Shown here piece after piece: positions 1 through 9,736 of a DNA stretch of 64,000 nt. A program made the translations under genes and the position numbers. Under the pieces are notes generated by a model. It was not told the origin of the DNA. It was given only the letters and a program-made list of their open reading frames with translations, and did not search any database. Within the stretch, counting starts at the first letter, position 1. Every line of letters begins with the position of its first letter. The stretch lies in NCBI GenBank assembly GCA_963733055.1, contig CAVTBR010000003.1:288001-352000 (forward strand). Reading direction: 5' to 3'. Source of the DNA: Candidatus Bathyarchaeota archaeon. GTDB lineage: Archaea; Thermoproteota; Bathyarchaeia; 40CM-2-53-6.

Positions 1-1127
1 AAGGCCCAGAGAGCAAACGCTAGGCGCTCAAAGAAAACGAGATATACGATAACCAGGGTGGCGGCCACAGCGAGAGTTGCAACTAGATAGAAGGCAGGTG
101 GCAATGGGACGCCACTGGCGAGGGTGATCAAGGAGAGACCTTGACTAAGCACAACCAGATTACCGAACGCAGGGGTGACTACTCCCGAATACCACGCGCC
201 AAAATCCTTGAACATGAACCACAGGTTAGGGATTAGAAAAGCCGCAAGCGCCGCCCCGGTGAACACGCCCACCCTCATCAAACGATTTTGCAATTTGAGG
301 CCCGAATCGGTCTTGAAGAACCAGATTAGAAGGTACGGAGCCAACAACCAAGGCGTCTGTTTCACCGCGCTCGCCAGTCCGAACATGATTCCCGCCACGA
401 GCGGCCGATCCATGTAAACCACCATGAGAACTAACGGGAGTATCCAGATGAAATCGGCGATGGAGCCTGCTGAGAAATTGATTGCTAAGTCGGATCCTGC
501 GAAGAGAGGGATTAAGGTCAGCGGCCTAATCTCCTTTGGAGCCCAAACGTAAATGATCACCAGCGTTACGATCTCGAAAATGTAGATTATGATTCTCGCA
601 TCGCGTACCCCCGCCCAAACCGCCGGGACGAAGGCGATGACCTGAAGCGCGGGATAGTTCAGCGTACTTACGAGATTCCCATTTGGCGTAAGGGTGATGA
701 ATTCGGGGCTTACGGAAAACATGCTCAGCGCTGACTGCAGGTCTTGCGGATACGGGTTAATCCCTTTGGATAGCAAAATCGCCGAATAGTGGACAAACGC
801 AAGAGCGTCCGTCTGATATGCACCCGGATGCTCGATCTGCGTTACTACGTACCAACTCGCAAGGGTCGCAAAGATAAGTGACCCAAATGCGGCGTCCCTG
901 AATCTCCTGATGCCTTTTATGTTTACGGTGGCGAGCAGGAAGAGAACGAAGGCGAGCGCGTAGCTAACGATTAGTAGCAGCACAACCTCCGGATGCGTCT
1001 CGACCCTACCCCGAATCCAATTTTGCAGCCCTTCAGCGAAAATGAAGCCGGCAGCAAACAGCATGCTAACTCTTACGCAGAACTGTTCCAGCGCATCGGC
1101 ACTGAGTCTGGACGCGGGATTAATCAT
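1..1127 (-). CDS. Multi-pass membrane protein, probable GT-C (GT87-like) glycosyltransferase; 3' end runs off the window
   Basis: Not in the ORF track. Manual translation from ATG at 1127 (overlapping the upstream stop, ATGATTAA) gives MINPASRLSAD..., hydrophobic helices, then the loop YQTDALAFVHYSAILLSKGINPY typical of archaeal GT-C-like proteins. Confidence 0.6.
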   Translation of the reverse strand, partial: MINPASRLSADALEQFCVRVSMLFAAGFIFAEGLQNWIRGRVETHPEVVLLLIVSYALAFVLFLLATVNIKGIRRFRDAAFGSLIFATLASWYVVTQIEHPGAYQTDALAFVHYSAILLSKGINPYPQDLQSALSMFSVSPEFITLTPNGNLVSTLNYPALQVIAFVPAVWAGVRDARIIIYIFEIVTLVIIYVWAPKEIRPLTLIPLFAGSDLAINFSAGSIADFIWILPLVLMVVYMDRPLVAGIMFGLASAVKQTPWLLAPYLLIWFFKTDSGLKLQNRLMRVGVFTGAALAAFLIPNLWFMFKDFGAWYSGVVTPAFGNLVVLSQGLSLITLASGVPLPPAFYLVATLAVAATLVIVYLVFFERLAFALWA

Positions 1128-3321
1128 GGGTCTTCCTCTTGCGGATAAGGATGGCAACCGTGAGTGCGAGGCAGACAGTGAAGCTGGTAAGTGAAGCTAT
1201 GCTCCATTGGTTACCGCTTGTTCTTTGGTATAAGGTCACTTGCGTAGTGTCCGGGGGAATTGTTAGCAGAATGTATCCCGTGACGCTGTCTCTCCCCACA
1301 ACGAGCGGCGATCCATTCGCGGTACCAACCCATGTGGGGAAATACGCCTCCTTCACGATTATCGTTGACGTGCCCGGAGTCGGTTGGAAGTTCATTATGA
1401 TTTCATCTGGGTTGGGGCTTGTTACACTAGTTAGGTTAACGTTGGATGAGTTCGTCTCTATGAATGATGGGACGGTTGTCGATTTGTATACTACGAGGTT
1501 GATGTTTCCGTAGGGAACGATGAGTTGTTCAGTAAAGTTGGTGCTTTGCATGAGTTCACCCGCTAGAGTTCCATTGTCCCCGATCATAATCCACGTTACG
1601 TCAAGAAGTTCTGAATATGAAACAAGTTTTTGCCATTCGCTTAACCGTGCTGTTTGGTTGGGTGCGGTCTCTAGGTCGTCCAGGCGATAGTCATTGAAGG
1701 CCGCTAGTTGCTTAACGAGTATGGTTTGGGGATACCAGCCGTCGATAATCGTTTTGTTGACGTAGGATGGGAGTACGTAGATCCAGAAGGGTACGTTGAT
1801 TCCGAGGATTCTTCCTTGTGAAGCGTCATTGCGGAAGTAGTTGATTACCTCTGGAGGAATTTCAGCGTTGGAGGTTGAATAGGGGAGGACTCCGTTGACC
1901 GTATTGTTTAGGTCGTAATTGATTTTCATGGCTACGCTTACGGTGATCGAAATTATGGCAAGAGAGACGAACATGATGACTAAGACTGGACGTCGGGCAA
2001 AGATCTTCGAAACCGAACGGAGTATACCTCGCGCGGTAAGCGCACTCATGGGCAACGCCAAGTACAGCCAGATTCTGTAAACGTCCATTGTCTTCGTCCA
2101 TATCGTATCTATGAGAGGCAATTGAAGTACGGGTAGAGCGTAGTAACCTAATCCCAGCCATAGAAATAGTATGAACCAGAAAACCGCGAAGATTACCCCG
2201 TTCTTTCTTGAAATTACCCGCCGGGCGTACTGAATGATTATGAACTGTCCTAGAAAGATAACGAATGAGGCGGCCACAATAATCTCGCCCAAAACTTCGA
2301 TGGTTCCGAAAGTGAGTATTTCACCGGCTTGAAAGACTGCCATTCCCGCTAGAAGCGAGGTGAAAAATACGGCTGGGCTCACTGGGATCCGTTTGGCGAA
2401 GTTGCGGCCGATAATTGATTGTACGGCGACTGCTGCCAGGACGAATTGAACGATACCCAAGAGATATGATGATACGTCGTATCCGAAATACGTGAACCTC
2501 AGGAACGGGAACGTGACGTTCCTGTTGAAGAATTGGTTCGATGAGAAGAGGCCGAAGGAGGTTATGAATGGGACGAGCCAGAACGAGGTTATGCCCAAAG
2601 TGCCACCGGCGACGAGGCCGAGTTTTAGCAGGGGCCGAGATGGCCCGTCCTTTGCGGAGGCAAGCAAAACCATGAGTAAGGCGACGAGTCCTGCGATCAG
2701 GGCGGATAGGTGATGCGTTAGTAGTAGGGCGGACATGGCAAGCGTGGAGAATAGGATATTGGTCTTGGAGTCTTTTTGCGCGAGCGCGCGGTGGAATGTT
2801 ATGAAGAAGATACAGGAGAGGGGTATGGCTAGGACTGTTGGGAACCTGTCGAAGAAAATGTAATTTTCTATGACCTCGGGGAACAGGCTGAAGAGCAACG
2901 CGCCGAGCGCTGATTCGCCTTTGTTAAAGCCTAGCTCCTTTGCGAGGAAGTAAACTGCCAGAGGTGTCAGTGAGTAGAATAGTGCGTCGACGAGTTTGTA
3001 GGCGAGTAACGGGTCCAGACCTAGCACTGCAAGCCCCGCGGTTATGTAGTAACTTAGCGGCGGGTAGAGCAAGAGGGCCGGTGAGCCGGCGTACCAGTCT
3101 GTGCTCCAAAACGGGGTTATGCCTTGCTTCCACCAGTACTGTAGGAAGAGAATTTTGTAGAGGTGGCTTGTCGTATCCACACTCAGCGGAATCCCGGGCA
3201 GAAACCGTGGAATGGTTATCGCCGCAGAGATCACAGTGGCCCCGGCGAGGAGAAGCCTGGAATTAGTGTTAAGCGCGGTGTTGATTGATCGCGAAGGTTG
3301 GCCGGGTGGTTTCGTTGGCAA
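1120..3321 (-). CDS. Multi-pass membrane protein of the PTPS-related/YfhO-like (GT-C fold) family, putative glycosyltransferase
   Basis: D..SH near the N-terminus, W...WYAGSP..LYPPL motif, many TM helices, soluble C-terminal domain with YFPTW and a terminal TM. Confidence 0.7.
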   Translation of the reverse strand: MPTKPPGQPSRSINTALNTNSRLLLAGATVISAAITIPRFLPGIPLSVDTTSHLYKILFLQYWWKQGITPFWSTDWYAGSPALLLYPPLSYYITAGLAVLGLDPLLAYKLVDALFYSLTPLAVYFLAKELGFNKGESALGALLFSLFPEVIENYIFFDRFPTVLAIPLSCIFFITFHRALAQKDSKTNILFSTLAMSALLLTHHLSALIAGLVALLMVLLASAKDGPSRPLLKLGLVAGGTLGITSFWLVPFITSFGLFSSNQFFNRNVTFPFLRFTYFGYDVSSYLLGIVQFVLAAVAVQSIIGRNFAKRIPVSPAVFFTSLLAGMAVFQAGEILTFGTIEVLGEIIVAASFVIFLGQFIIIQYARRVISRKNGVIFAVFWFILFLWLGLGYYALPVLQLPLIDTIWTKTMDVYRIWLYLALPMSALTARGILRSVSKIFARRPVLVIMFVSLAIISITVSVAMKINYDLNNTVNGVLPYSTSNAEIPPEVINYFRNDASQGRILGINVPFWIYVLPSYVNKTIIDGWYPQTILVKQLAAFNDYRLDDLETAPNQTARLSEWQKLVSYSELLDVTWIMIGDNGTLAGELMQSTNFTEQLIVPYGNINLVVYKSTTVPSFIETNSSNVNLTSVTSPNPDEIIMNFQPTPGTSTIIVKEAYFPTWVGTANGSPLVVGRDSVTGYILLTIPPDTTQVTLYQRTSGNQWSIASLTSFTVCLALTVAILIRKRKTHD

Positions 3322-3322
3322 G

Positions 3323-4075
3323 TTAGAGCCCGGCGGAATCGTCTCTGAGCTCGGTTTTGGTTTGGCGTCGGAGTGGTATGGGGTTGAGGATTATGATTGC
3401 CGCTACTCCGCCTATGATGAGGGCGAGCACGAGGATGGTGTCAATTCTTTCGGTTGTGAAGAAGAGCCTGGGTGGCATTGACCGTATGTTGTATTGAGTA
3501 AATGTGTGACCTGTTTCGGAGTCTTGCCAGATGAGGACGCCGGTTTCTTTGTTTATGAATTGGAATGTTGTCGTTCCGGCACCCGCTAGCATTAGGTATA
3601 GATATACGTTGGGCAGGCCCATCTCGATGCTAAGGACTACGTCCACATACATCTTCGTGTGCCGGAAGTCGTTGTTGCCTTTGAAAAAGCCTACAATGTC
3701 TCCGGTCTTTGTGACGGTTGAATTGTAAAGCACGTCAACGAATGTGAGGCCGAAGCCTGCGTCGATTCTGTCGTCGCTATCATTGCCCGATAACCAACCG
3801 TGGCCGAGGAATTCGAGCACTCGTAATCCGTTGTTGTTCGTTCCGTATATGTCGTTGAACATTATCCTTGCCCAGTCGGCCGTTGAATCCATTATGATCC
3901 TGATCTCGGGGCTCTTCTGCCAGCCGGTGACCTGTACGTCAGATCTAGGGTTACTGTTCAACATCCGAACGACAAGGACTGTTGAACCTAAAACGACCAA
4001 GATGAGCAGCGAGACGAGTGAGATACCTTTCAGAATAGCCGTTTCATGTTTCCTGACGACTGCAACTCGAGGCAA
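3323..4075 (-). CDS. Hypothetical membrane-anchored protein (N- and C-terminal TM helices)
   Basis: 250-aa ORF, TTG start, abuts the downstream gene (1 nt gap); two hydrophobic segments flank a beta-rich domain. Confidence 0.7.
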   Translation of the reverse strand: MPRVAVVRKHETAILKGISLVSLLILVVLGSTVLVVRMLNSNPRSDVQVTGWQKSPEIRIIMDSTADWARIMFNDIYGTNNNGLRVLEFLGHGWLSGNDSDDRIDAGFGLTFVDVLYNSTVTKTGDIVGFFKGNNDFRHTKMYVDVVLSIEMGLPNVYLYLMLAGAGTTTFQFINKETGVLIWQDSETGHTFTQYNIRSMPPRLFFTTERIDTILVLALIIGGVAAIIILNPIPLRRQTKTELRDDSAGL

Positions 4076-4139
4076 CGGACTCCTGCTTCCTCATCCCCAA
4101 GGGGACACCATTGACTTAACCTAGCTTCCGGGTAGGTCG

Positions 4140-4943
4140 TTAGCGAGTATTGGCCTGGAAGACTTTATCTTTCGGGTAGACTTCGATGCCAGTTTGACCA
4201 ATTTGGTATGGTCGTAGTTGGTCGTCGTGGCTGATCCCACGCATCTTCTCCACCTGAATCCCCCTGACGACGTTCCCATCGTGGACCATGGTGTGTAGTA
4301 GGACGACGCCTTGTGACAAATATTCTTCGATTTGAAATTGGCGTTCAAGCTCTGCGGTGCGTAGCTCACTGGTTACGATGCAGGAACAACCCGTTGATTC
4401 AAGGGCGTCGAAGAATAAGAGTAGGGCACGTCGCCTTTTGATTTCTTCAGGATAGCGAAGCATTAGTGACGTTATGGGGTCAACTACGATCCTCTGTGTT
4501 CCTTCCTCGGCAGCTATCCTGCGAATCGTTCGAACTAGCGATGGGAGGGTAAGTTCTGGCATGGTCAAAGTCACGGGATTGTCGCTGCCAATGTTGGGTT
4601 CCACGAACCTTTGACCCGGCCGTTTCAGGGGTGTCGCGTCTACAAATGTGAGCTTTCCCGCCTGTTCAAGAGAATCCAGGTCCCATCCGAATGATGTAAG
4701 ATCTACTTTCACGTGTTCGGGTTTCTCGTCGAGTGAGACATAGAGTCCGGTCTCGCCGGCTTTCGCGCCGCCAACGAGAAACTGTACCGCGAACGTGGTC
4801 TTTCCGGAGCCTGGGCTTCCAACGACAAGGATCGTTCTGCTCTTGGGCAGGCCGCCCCTCAATACTTCGTCTAAGCCCTTGATGCCAGTTGAAACCCGGT
4901 CCAACTCATTATCACTTAACTTGAGGAGAGTAGGGAATCTCAT
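4140..4943 (-). CDS. KaiC/RAD55-like RecA-superfamily ATPase (single domain)
   Basis: STGIKGLD...GG start, Walker A GSPGSGKT, SLDEK, Walker B IVVDP, EKMRG arginine-finger motif. Confidence 0.92.
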   Translation of the reverse strand: MRFPTLLKLSDNELDRVSTGIKGLDEVLRGGLPKSRTILVVGSPGSGKTTFAVQFLVGGAKAGETGLYVSLDEKPEHVKVDLTSFGWDLDSLEQAGKLTFVDATPLKRPGQRFVEPNIGSDNPVTLTMPELTLPSLVRTIRRIAAEEGTQRIVVDPITSLMLRYPEEIKRRRALLLFFDALESTGCSCIVTSELRTAELERQFQIEEYLSQGVVLLHTMVHDGNVVRGIQVEKMRGISHDDQLRPYQIGQTGIEVYPKDKVFQANTR

Positions 4944-5057
4944 TATTTACCTCAGTGGTCGGATACCCGATTATCTACCACTGTAATCGTAGTAGGACGT
5001 CGCTGAATTGCAACCAGTTATTCTAGAAAATGGTTTAGAGAGTCTTCTTTTGGTTTT

Positions 5058-5096
5058 TGAAAAAGAGAAACAGGGTACGGGCGCCTTGCGGCGCTC
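5058..5096 (-). terminator. Hairpin plus U-rich tract downstream of the 1456-aa gene
   Basis: Minus strand reads GCGCC-GCAA-GGCGC (5094-5081, GNRA loop) followed by TTTCTCTTTTT. Confidence 0.55.
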
Positions 5097-5102
5097 GGAC
5101 GC

Positions 5103-8100
5103 TTAAACGCGTCTTCGTTTGAGTAGGTATAGTGATGCTGCTAACGCCGAGAATGCGACAACCGCGACTGCACTGAATTCTGGGACAGGGATGTTGCTCT
5201 GCTCCAGGTACACGTTCTGACCCGATCCGGTTTGGCCTGGTGAGACCGCGACGGACCAAGTTTGAGGCGCGTATCCTGGTTGGCTTATGCTAAACTTGTA
5301 GGTGCCTGGGGGTAGGAAGGCTTGGTAAACGCCGTCATAGGTGTAGAAGTTCCACGTAGCTCCACTAGCGCCAGTCACGCTGACTGTGCCCCAGCTGAGA
5401 GTGCGGAACTCGTTACTCCACGTGAAAGCGAGTACGTTGCCCGAAACGAACCCGTTCAGGTCAACTTCAAAGATAGCACTAGCTTCTCCACTGTTGTGTG
5501 TTCCTGCGATTTGCCAAACTCCTTCTTGCGAGTACGGGCCTAAGTGGTTCGCGGCCATCGAGTGGCCGACGAAGTTGCTGTTCAATGCCATGTCTTCCGT
5601 CAGGCTGATGCCTGAGGTTGCGGTCGTGCCTGGGATGATGTGATACGATTCACCCATCAGCAGACCGTTGACTGGCGGATAGTACTGCGCGAATAAGCCT
5701 GGTGTAGTTGCTACTTGTAGACCGCCGCTTGCAGCTTCTTGGAAGCCTGCGTTGGCGGAGTACCATGGGACGAAGTCGGCTTCAGCTGTCCATCCACCCG
5801 TGTAGTCTGGTGCACCCACTATGCCCGAGTTCGGGAATGGGTACATAGCGTACGCGGCTGGGTAGCAGTCGAGCTCGAAATCGCATGCGCCACCCTGTAG
5901 CGGGTCACCAAAGTAGACACCCGTAATGTCGCTTCCGAACGGTACCTGCTGCGGCAAACCTGCCAACAACACGTTGAGCAGAGTTGTACCGGAGGGTACG
6001 TAGTTGTAACCGTTCAATCCGGAGCGTGGTTGGTCGTATGGTGATCCACCCTGGGTGCTGAATGGGTAGTACGGTGCAGTTGGGTTAGCGAATCCATTGC
6101 CGTTCGGCGAAAGGACGCCGTTGGCCGCAGTAGCGTGGCCGCTATAGACACCGCCTGGGTTACCAAACGGTGCTGTATAGCCTGAGCCTGGATAGGTGCC
6201 CTCACTGGACATCCATTCAGCCACTAACTGGCCTTGGTCATTGAATAAGCGAACCCGCGCAGACATGTTCTGACTTGTCGGAGTGATGATGCTCTCTTTC
6301 TTGAATAAGATTTGGAGAGAAACGTTCACACCGATGATCAAGTTGATCTTCATGTCCGCAACCTGCCCGCACGCCGCATAGGCTGTGAAGTCTTTGTCCT
6401 GGACGTAGCCGTACGTATAGGCTGCGAGGTTGTATTGACCAGGGGCAAAGGCGAGCGGCCATACAGTGTACAGGCTGTTAAACATGCTATTCTTCAGGAG
6501 CTTGTTAGCTCTGAGGAAGCCGAACGAGCCTGACGTGTAGCCGCCCACGAAAGCATAGCGGGCTGATTGGCCGTAGTAGACATCATGCGAGTTACTGAAT
6601 CCCAATAGTACGTTGCGTCCACCACCGTCCATCTCAGCACAGTTCAACGAATAGCCCTGGGATGGGTTGAAGCAGTCGGTTCCGCCCGGTCCCTGGAAGA
6701 GACCGCCGAGGAGACCGCCTTCAGTATTACCCGGAACTTCGTTGAATGGTACGCTGAGTGGTAGGTAGCTTGGTTCTGGGCCGAAGTAGTCGGTTAGGGC
6801 TCCGGCTGTGCCGTTAGTTACTTTGTAGAATCCGACATCAATCTCAGATCCTAAGCAGCCGCCTAGAGCTAGGAAACCGTTTTGGCATCCGGACCAGACC
6901 CAGTTCCTACTGACGCGTGGTCGTTCCCAGTCGATGCTGTACACTGATACGTTGAAGCCTGGGCCTAGGAATAGGTGGTCACTGATAGCGGTTGGATTAC
7001 CGCTTAAGGTGACTGATACCTGTTGCAATGGAGCGACCGCACATGGAGCAGAATCATAGTAGCCGTTTGCGGCTACGTTCACTGTGTACGTACCCGAGGG
7101 GATGCCGTAATTGTCACCACCCCAAGTATCGTTGATGCCCCAGTACTGAATCGCCGCACGACCGGAAGCAATGGAGTTTGCGTTCAAACCAGCTTTGTCC
7201 AACGCGCCGCCAACATATGGCGTGCCCGCGCAGGACACGCTTGGAGCTCCGTTCTCACCGGACCCGTTGGGTCCGTTGAACGTGTTTCCGTTGGCGCCGA
7301 ATAGGAATCCGTCGTACGCGTATTGATCGTACGAGTTGCATCCGTTAGTGTAGTAGTAGTAGCTTATTCCGCCAGCACCAGTGTAGCCGAGGGCTGTTAC
7401 GTTGTATGAGTAGATGTTTCCATCAGCTCCTTGCAAGTATCCCCAGAGGAATCCTGCGACGGAGTGGATTGGGCTTGTTACGATGGTGTTCGGTGTGTCG
7501 TGGAAGTAGACGGTCTTGTTCACCCAGCTGCTCAAGCGAATGTCGATTGGTAATGTTACGTCTCCTGCCCACTCGTTGGGTGTTACGTCAAAGTAGTACT
7601 CCTGGAAGGTAGAACCGTCCAGAGCAGTTTGAACATAACGGAAGGTCCAGACACGTACATAGTACCTGCCTGCTGTGAGGCCGTTGATCCAAGTAGCGTA
7701 AACCTGCGGAACTTCTCCCGACAAGTCTCTTGGAGCACCGTACTCACCCTTCAAACCCATCTCAAAGTGGAACGGAGTAGCAGTACCACCAGCAACGAAC
7801 CATTGCTGCGGTGGACCAACACCTTGCGGGTCGGAAGCCAGCAGGGTGTTTCCTGCTTGGCTGCTAATGGCTACATCACGCGAGTAACCATTAATCGCAC
7901 CCGTGAAGGGGTTGGGGTTGTCACCGTAAGCAGCGCCGTTGACTGTGCTGTACTCATGCCATGGAAACGCAATTGCGCTTCCATCGTGTGGGTCACCGCA
8001 CAAATCAGCCGCGCGTCGGCCGTAGTAGTCCTCTTGGCCTCCCGCTACACAAGGTAGTGGAGTCCAGACGACTGGCGCACCGGCGCTCGGGTCAACTTGG

Positions 8101-9473
8101 TTGCTGAGTGTTGCGTTACTGTATAGCTCAATCTTGATGTATTGACCACCGTCTGGCCCGTTTGGCCATGGTTGGTCACCGAACTGGTGTTTCGTGAACA
8201 CGTTACCGTGAACCACGGGTCCTGGTTGCAGGAAACAGTCAAAGTGAAGTGACTGACCTTTGAGGACAGTTACTCCGCTATTGCACAGTACCTGCGGGTA
8301 GCCTGCGGCTTCAGCGTAGATGTCGTAAACGCCCGGTGCGAGGCCTTCTAGTTCATAGTGGCCGTTCGCCGTAGCGTTCACGAAAGCTTGGCTGTCGATC
8401 GTGCCTAGGTCCGGTCGGTTCTGACCCGTGTAGGGGTCGATGCGCATAGTCATGTGCGCCCAAACCTTGCCAGCCTCAGCGATCGGTAGTTGGTATAGGG
8501 TTGAGTTGTAGCCCGCATACCGGAGAGTTCCGGTTATGATGGCTGGATCAGTCTCACCCTTCACCAACACGACTGGCCAGTTCTGAGGTGGAACCCAAAC
8601 GAATGGGTTCTCATTGCTCGCTCCGTGGCCGGCCAGTGTTGGGCCAACGCCGTAGACGTTGCTGCTGCTGTATAGAGCCATTTTGAAGAAGTATCGTCCC
8701 GCGACGGACGGTGCGGTTACGCCGTTGATTCTGGCGTAGTACCATTCGCCTGCGGATGTGAAGTTGATGTATTGGTGGTTGTAGTATATGCTACCTCCGC
8801 TGTTAGCGTCGATGGTAGCATCTACTGTTATCGCAACCATAGTCCAGCCTGGCGCATATCTGTCGTTCGGGCCAAGCTTCGCAACAAGGTACCGGTCGTA
8901 ACTGTTGGTTAACGTCGAGACGATTTGTGAAGAATCGAGTGACGTTGCACCTGGTACGTTGAATTCGGGTGGGATAAGGATGAACCATGTATCCCAACCG
9001 AAAGTCTTCTTCAAAGGTGTCTGAATTTCACAGACTGTTGCGCTACCAGATATACATGCATGGTTCGCATTCGGCGACCAAGTGTCTGGTGTGCCCGTTG
9101 CGTTCATTGCGAAGATCAGGTCACCGGTCGAGTTCGTTAGTACTGCTCCGAATGGGGCATACGTGTCCGATTGAAGCTGATACCAACTGTTGCTCGGTGC
9201 ACCCGGAGGATTACCCTGCGGGTAAGGTGACTGATAACCTGGTGAGCAGCTTGCGCTCACTGTGTTCGGCATACCCTGATACGCACATTGACCGCTACCA
9301 GGCCAAACATAACCAATAGGCCCAGCAACATGCGGGTCAAAATTATGAATGTCGTATGGGGACGTTCCGGACAGGTTGCCTAACGTGAAGTGCGCTTGTG
9401 TTGGAACAATAATTGCGAATGTACTAATTAGGAATATAGCGATTGTTAGCGTTGCAGCTAATTTTTTCTGCAA
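5103..9473 (-). CDS. Large secreted surface protein with carboxypeptidase-regulatory-like (beta-sandwich) domains and a C-terminal PEF-CTERM-type sorting signal; candidate S-layer/major surface protein
   Basis: N-terminal signal peptide (MQKKLAATLTIAIFL...AQ/QA); G/N/Y/T-rich; GL.PG.Y.I.AEA.GY and LPPGTY...QPGY motifs; ends IPVPEF-hydrophobic helix-KRRRV. Confidence 0.8.
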   Translation of the reverse strand: MQKKLAATLTIAIFLISTFAIIVPTQAHFTLGNLSGTSPYDIHNFDPHVAGPIGYVWPGSGQCAYQGMPNTVSASCSPGYQSPYPQGNPPGAPSNSWYQLQSDTYAPFGAVLTNSTGDLIFAMNATGTPDTWSPNANHACISGSATVCEIQTPLKKTFGWDTWFILIPPEFNVPGATSLDSSQIVSTLTNSYDRYLVAKLGPNDRYAPGWTMVAITVDATIDANSGGSIYYNHQYINFTSAGEWYYARINGVTAPSVAGRYFFKMALYSSSNVYGVGPTLAGHGASNENPFVWVPPQNWPVVLVKGETDPAIITGTLRYAGYNSTLYQLPIAEAGKVWAHMTMRIDPYTGQNRPDLGTIDSQAFVNATANGHYELEGLAPGVYDIYAEAAGYPQVLCNSGVTVLKGQSLHFDCFLQPGPVVHGNVFTKHQFGDQPWPNGPDGGQYIKIELYSNATLSNQVDPSAGAPVVWTPLPCVAGGQEDYYGRRAADLCGDPHDGSAIAFPWHEYSTVNGAAYGDNPNPFTGAINGYSRDVAISSQAGNTLLASDPQGVGPPQQWFVAGGTATPFHFEMGLKGEYGAPRDLSGEVPQVYATWINGLTAGRYYVRVWTFRYVQTALDGSTFQEYYFDVTPNEWAGDVTLPIDIRLSSWVNKTVYFHDTPNTIVTSPIHSVAGFLWGYLQGADGNIYSYNVTALGYTGAGGISYYYYTNGCNSYDQYAYDGFLFGANGNTFNGPNGSGENGAPSVSCAGTPYVGGALDKAGLNANSIASGRAAIQYWGINDTWGGDNYGIPSGTYTVNVAANGYYDSAPCAVAPLQQVSVTLSGNPTAISDHLFLGPGFNVSVYSIDWERPRVSRNWVWSGCQNGFLALGGCLGSEIDVGFYKVTNGTAGALTDYFGPEPSYLPLSVPFNEVPGNTEGGLLGGLFQGPGGTDCFNPSQGYSLNCAEMDGGGRNVLLGFSNSHDVYYGQSARYAFVGGYTSGSFGFLRANKLLKNSMFNSLYTVWPLAFAPGQYNLAAYTYGYVQDKDFTAYAACGQVADMKINLIIGVNVSLQILFKKESIITPTSQNMSARVRLFNDQGQLVAEWMSSEGTYPGSGYTAPFGNPGGVYSGHATAANGVLSPNGNGFANPTAPYYPFSTQGGSPYDQPRSGLNGYNYVPSGTTLLNVLLAGLPQQVPFGSDITGVYFGDPLQGGACDFELDCYPAAYAMYPFPNSGIVGAPDYTGGWTAEADFVPWYSANAGFQEAASGGLQVATTPGLFAQYYPPVNGLLMGESYHIIPGTTATSGISLTEDMALNSNFVGHSMAANHLGPYSQEGVWQIAGTHNSGEASAIFEVDLNGFVSGNVLAFTWSNEFRTLSWGTVSVTGASGATWNFYTYDGVYQAFLPPGTYKFSISQPGYAPQTWSVAVSPGQTGSGQNVYLEQSNIPVPEFSAVAVVAFSALAASLYLLKRRRV

Positions 9474-9480
9474 ATTTTCA

Positions 9481-9555
9481 TTTCTCCTTTAATTTGTTAT
9501 GCGCAAACGTTACGCATACGATTTCGGCAAACGGCTCTAAACGCATATAAGGGGC
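9481..9555 (-). promoter_or_regulatory. Putative TATA box, leader hairpin and SD for the 1456-aa gene
   Basis: Minus strand TTATAT at 9550-9545, inverted repeat TATGCG/CGCATA (9498-9518), AAAGGAGA at 9490-9483 ahead of the TTG start. Confidence 0.45.
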
Positions 9556-9736
9556 ACAGTTGGAACCCGATACATTCACGGAAATGTGCATTTCCGGCAT
9601 GGAAATGGACGCAAATTTATTCAACCATGGAATTTTCAGCCTGAAAACCGCTCAAAACCTCGGATTACCTTCGCGTCAGATGAACCGTGGATAACCCTAA
9701 TTTGGCACGTCGGTATACCACGCACAGGCCAACCAG

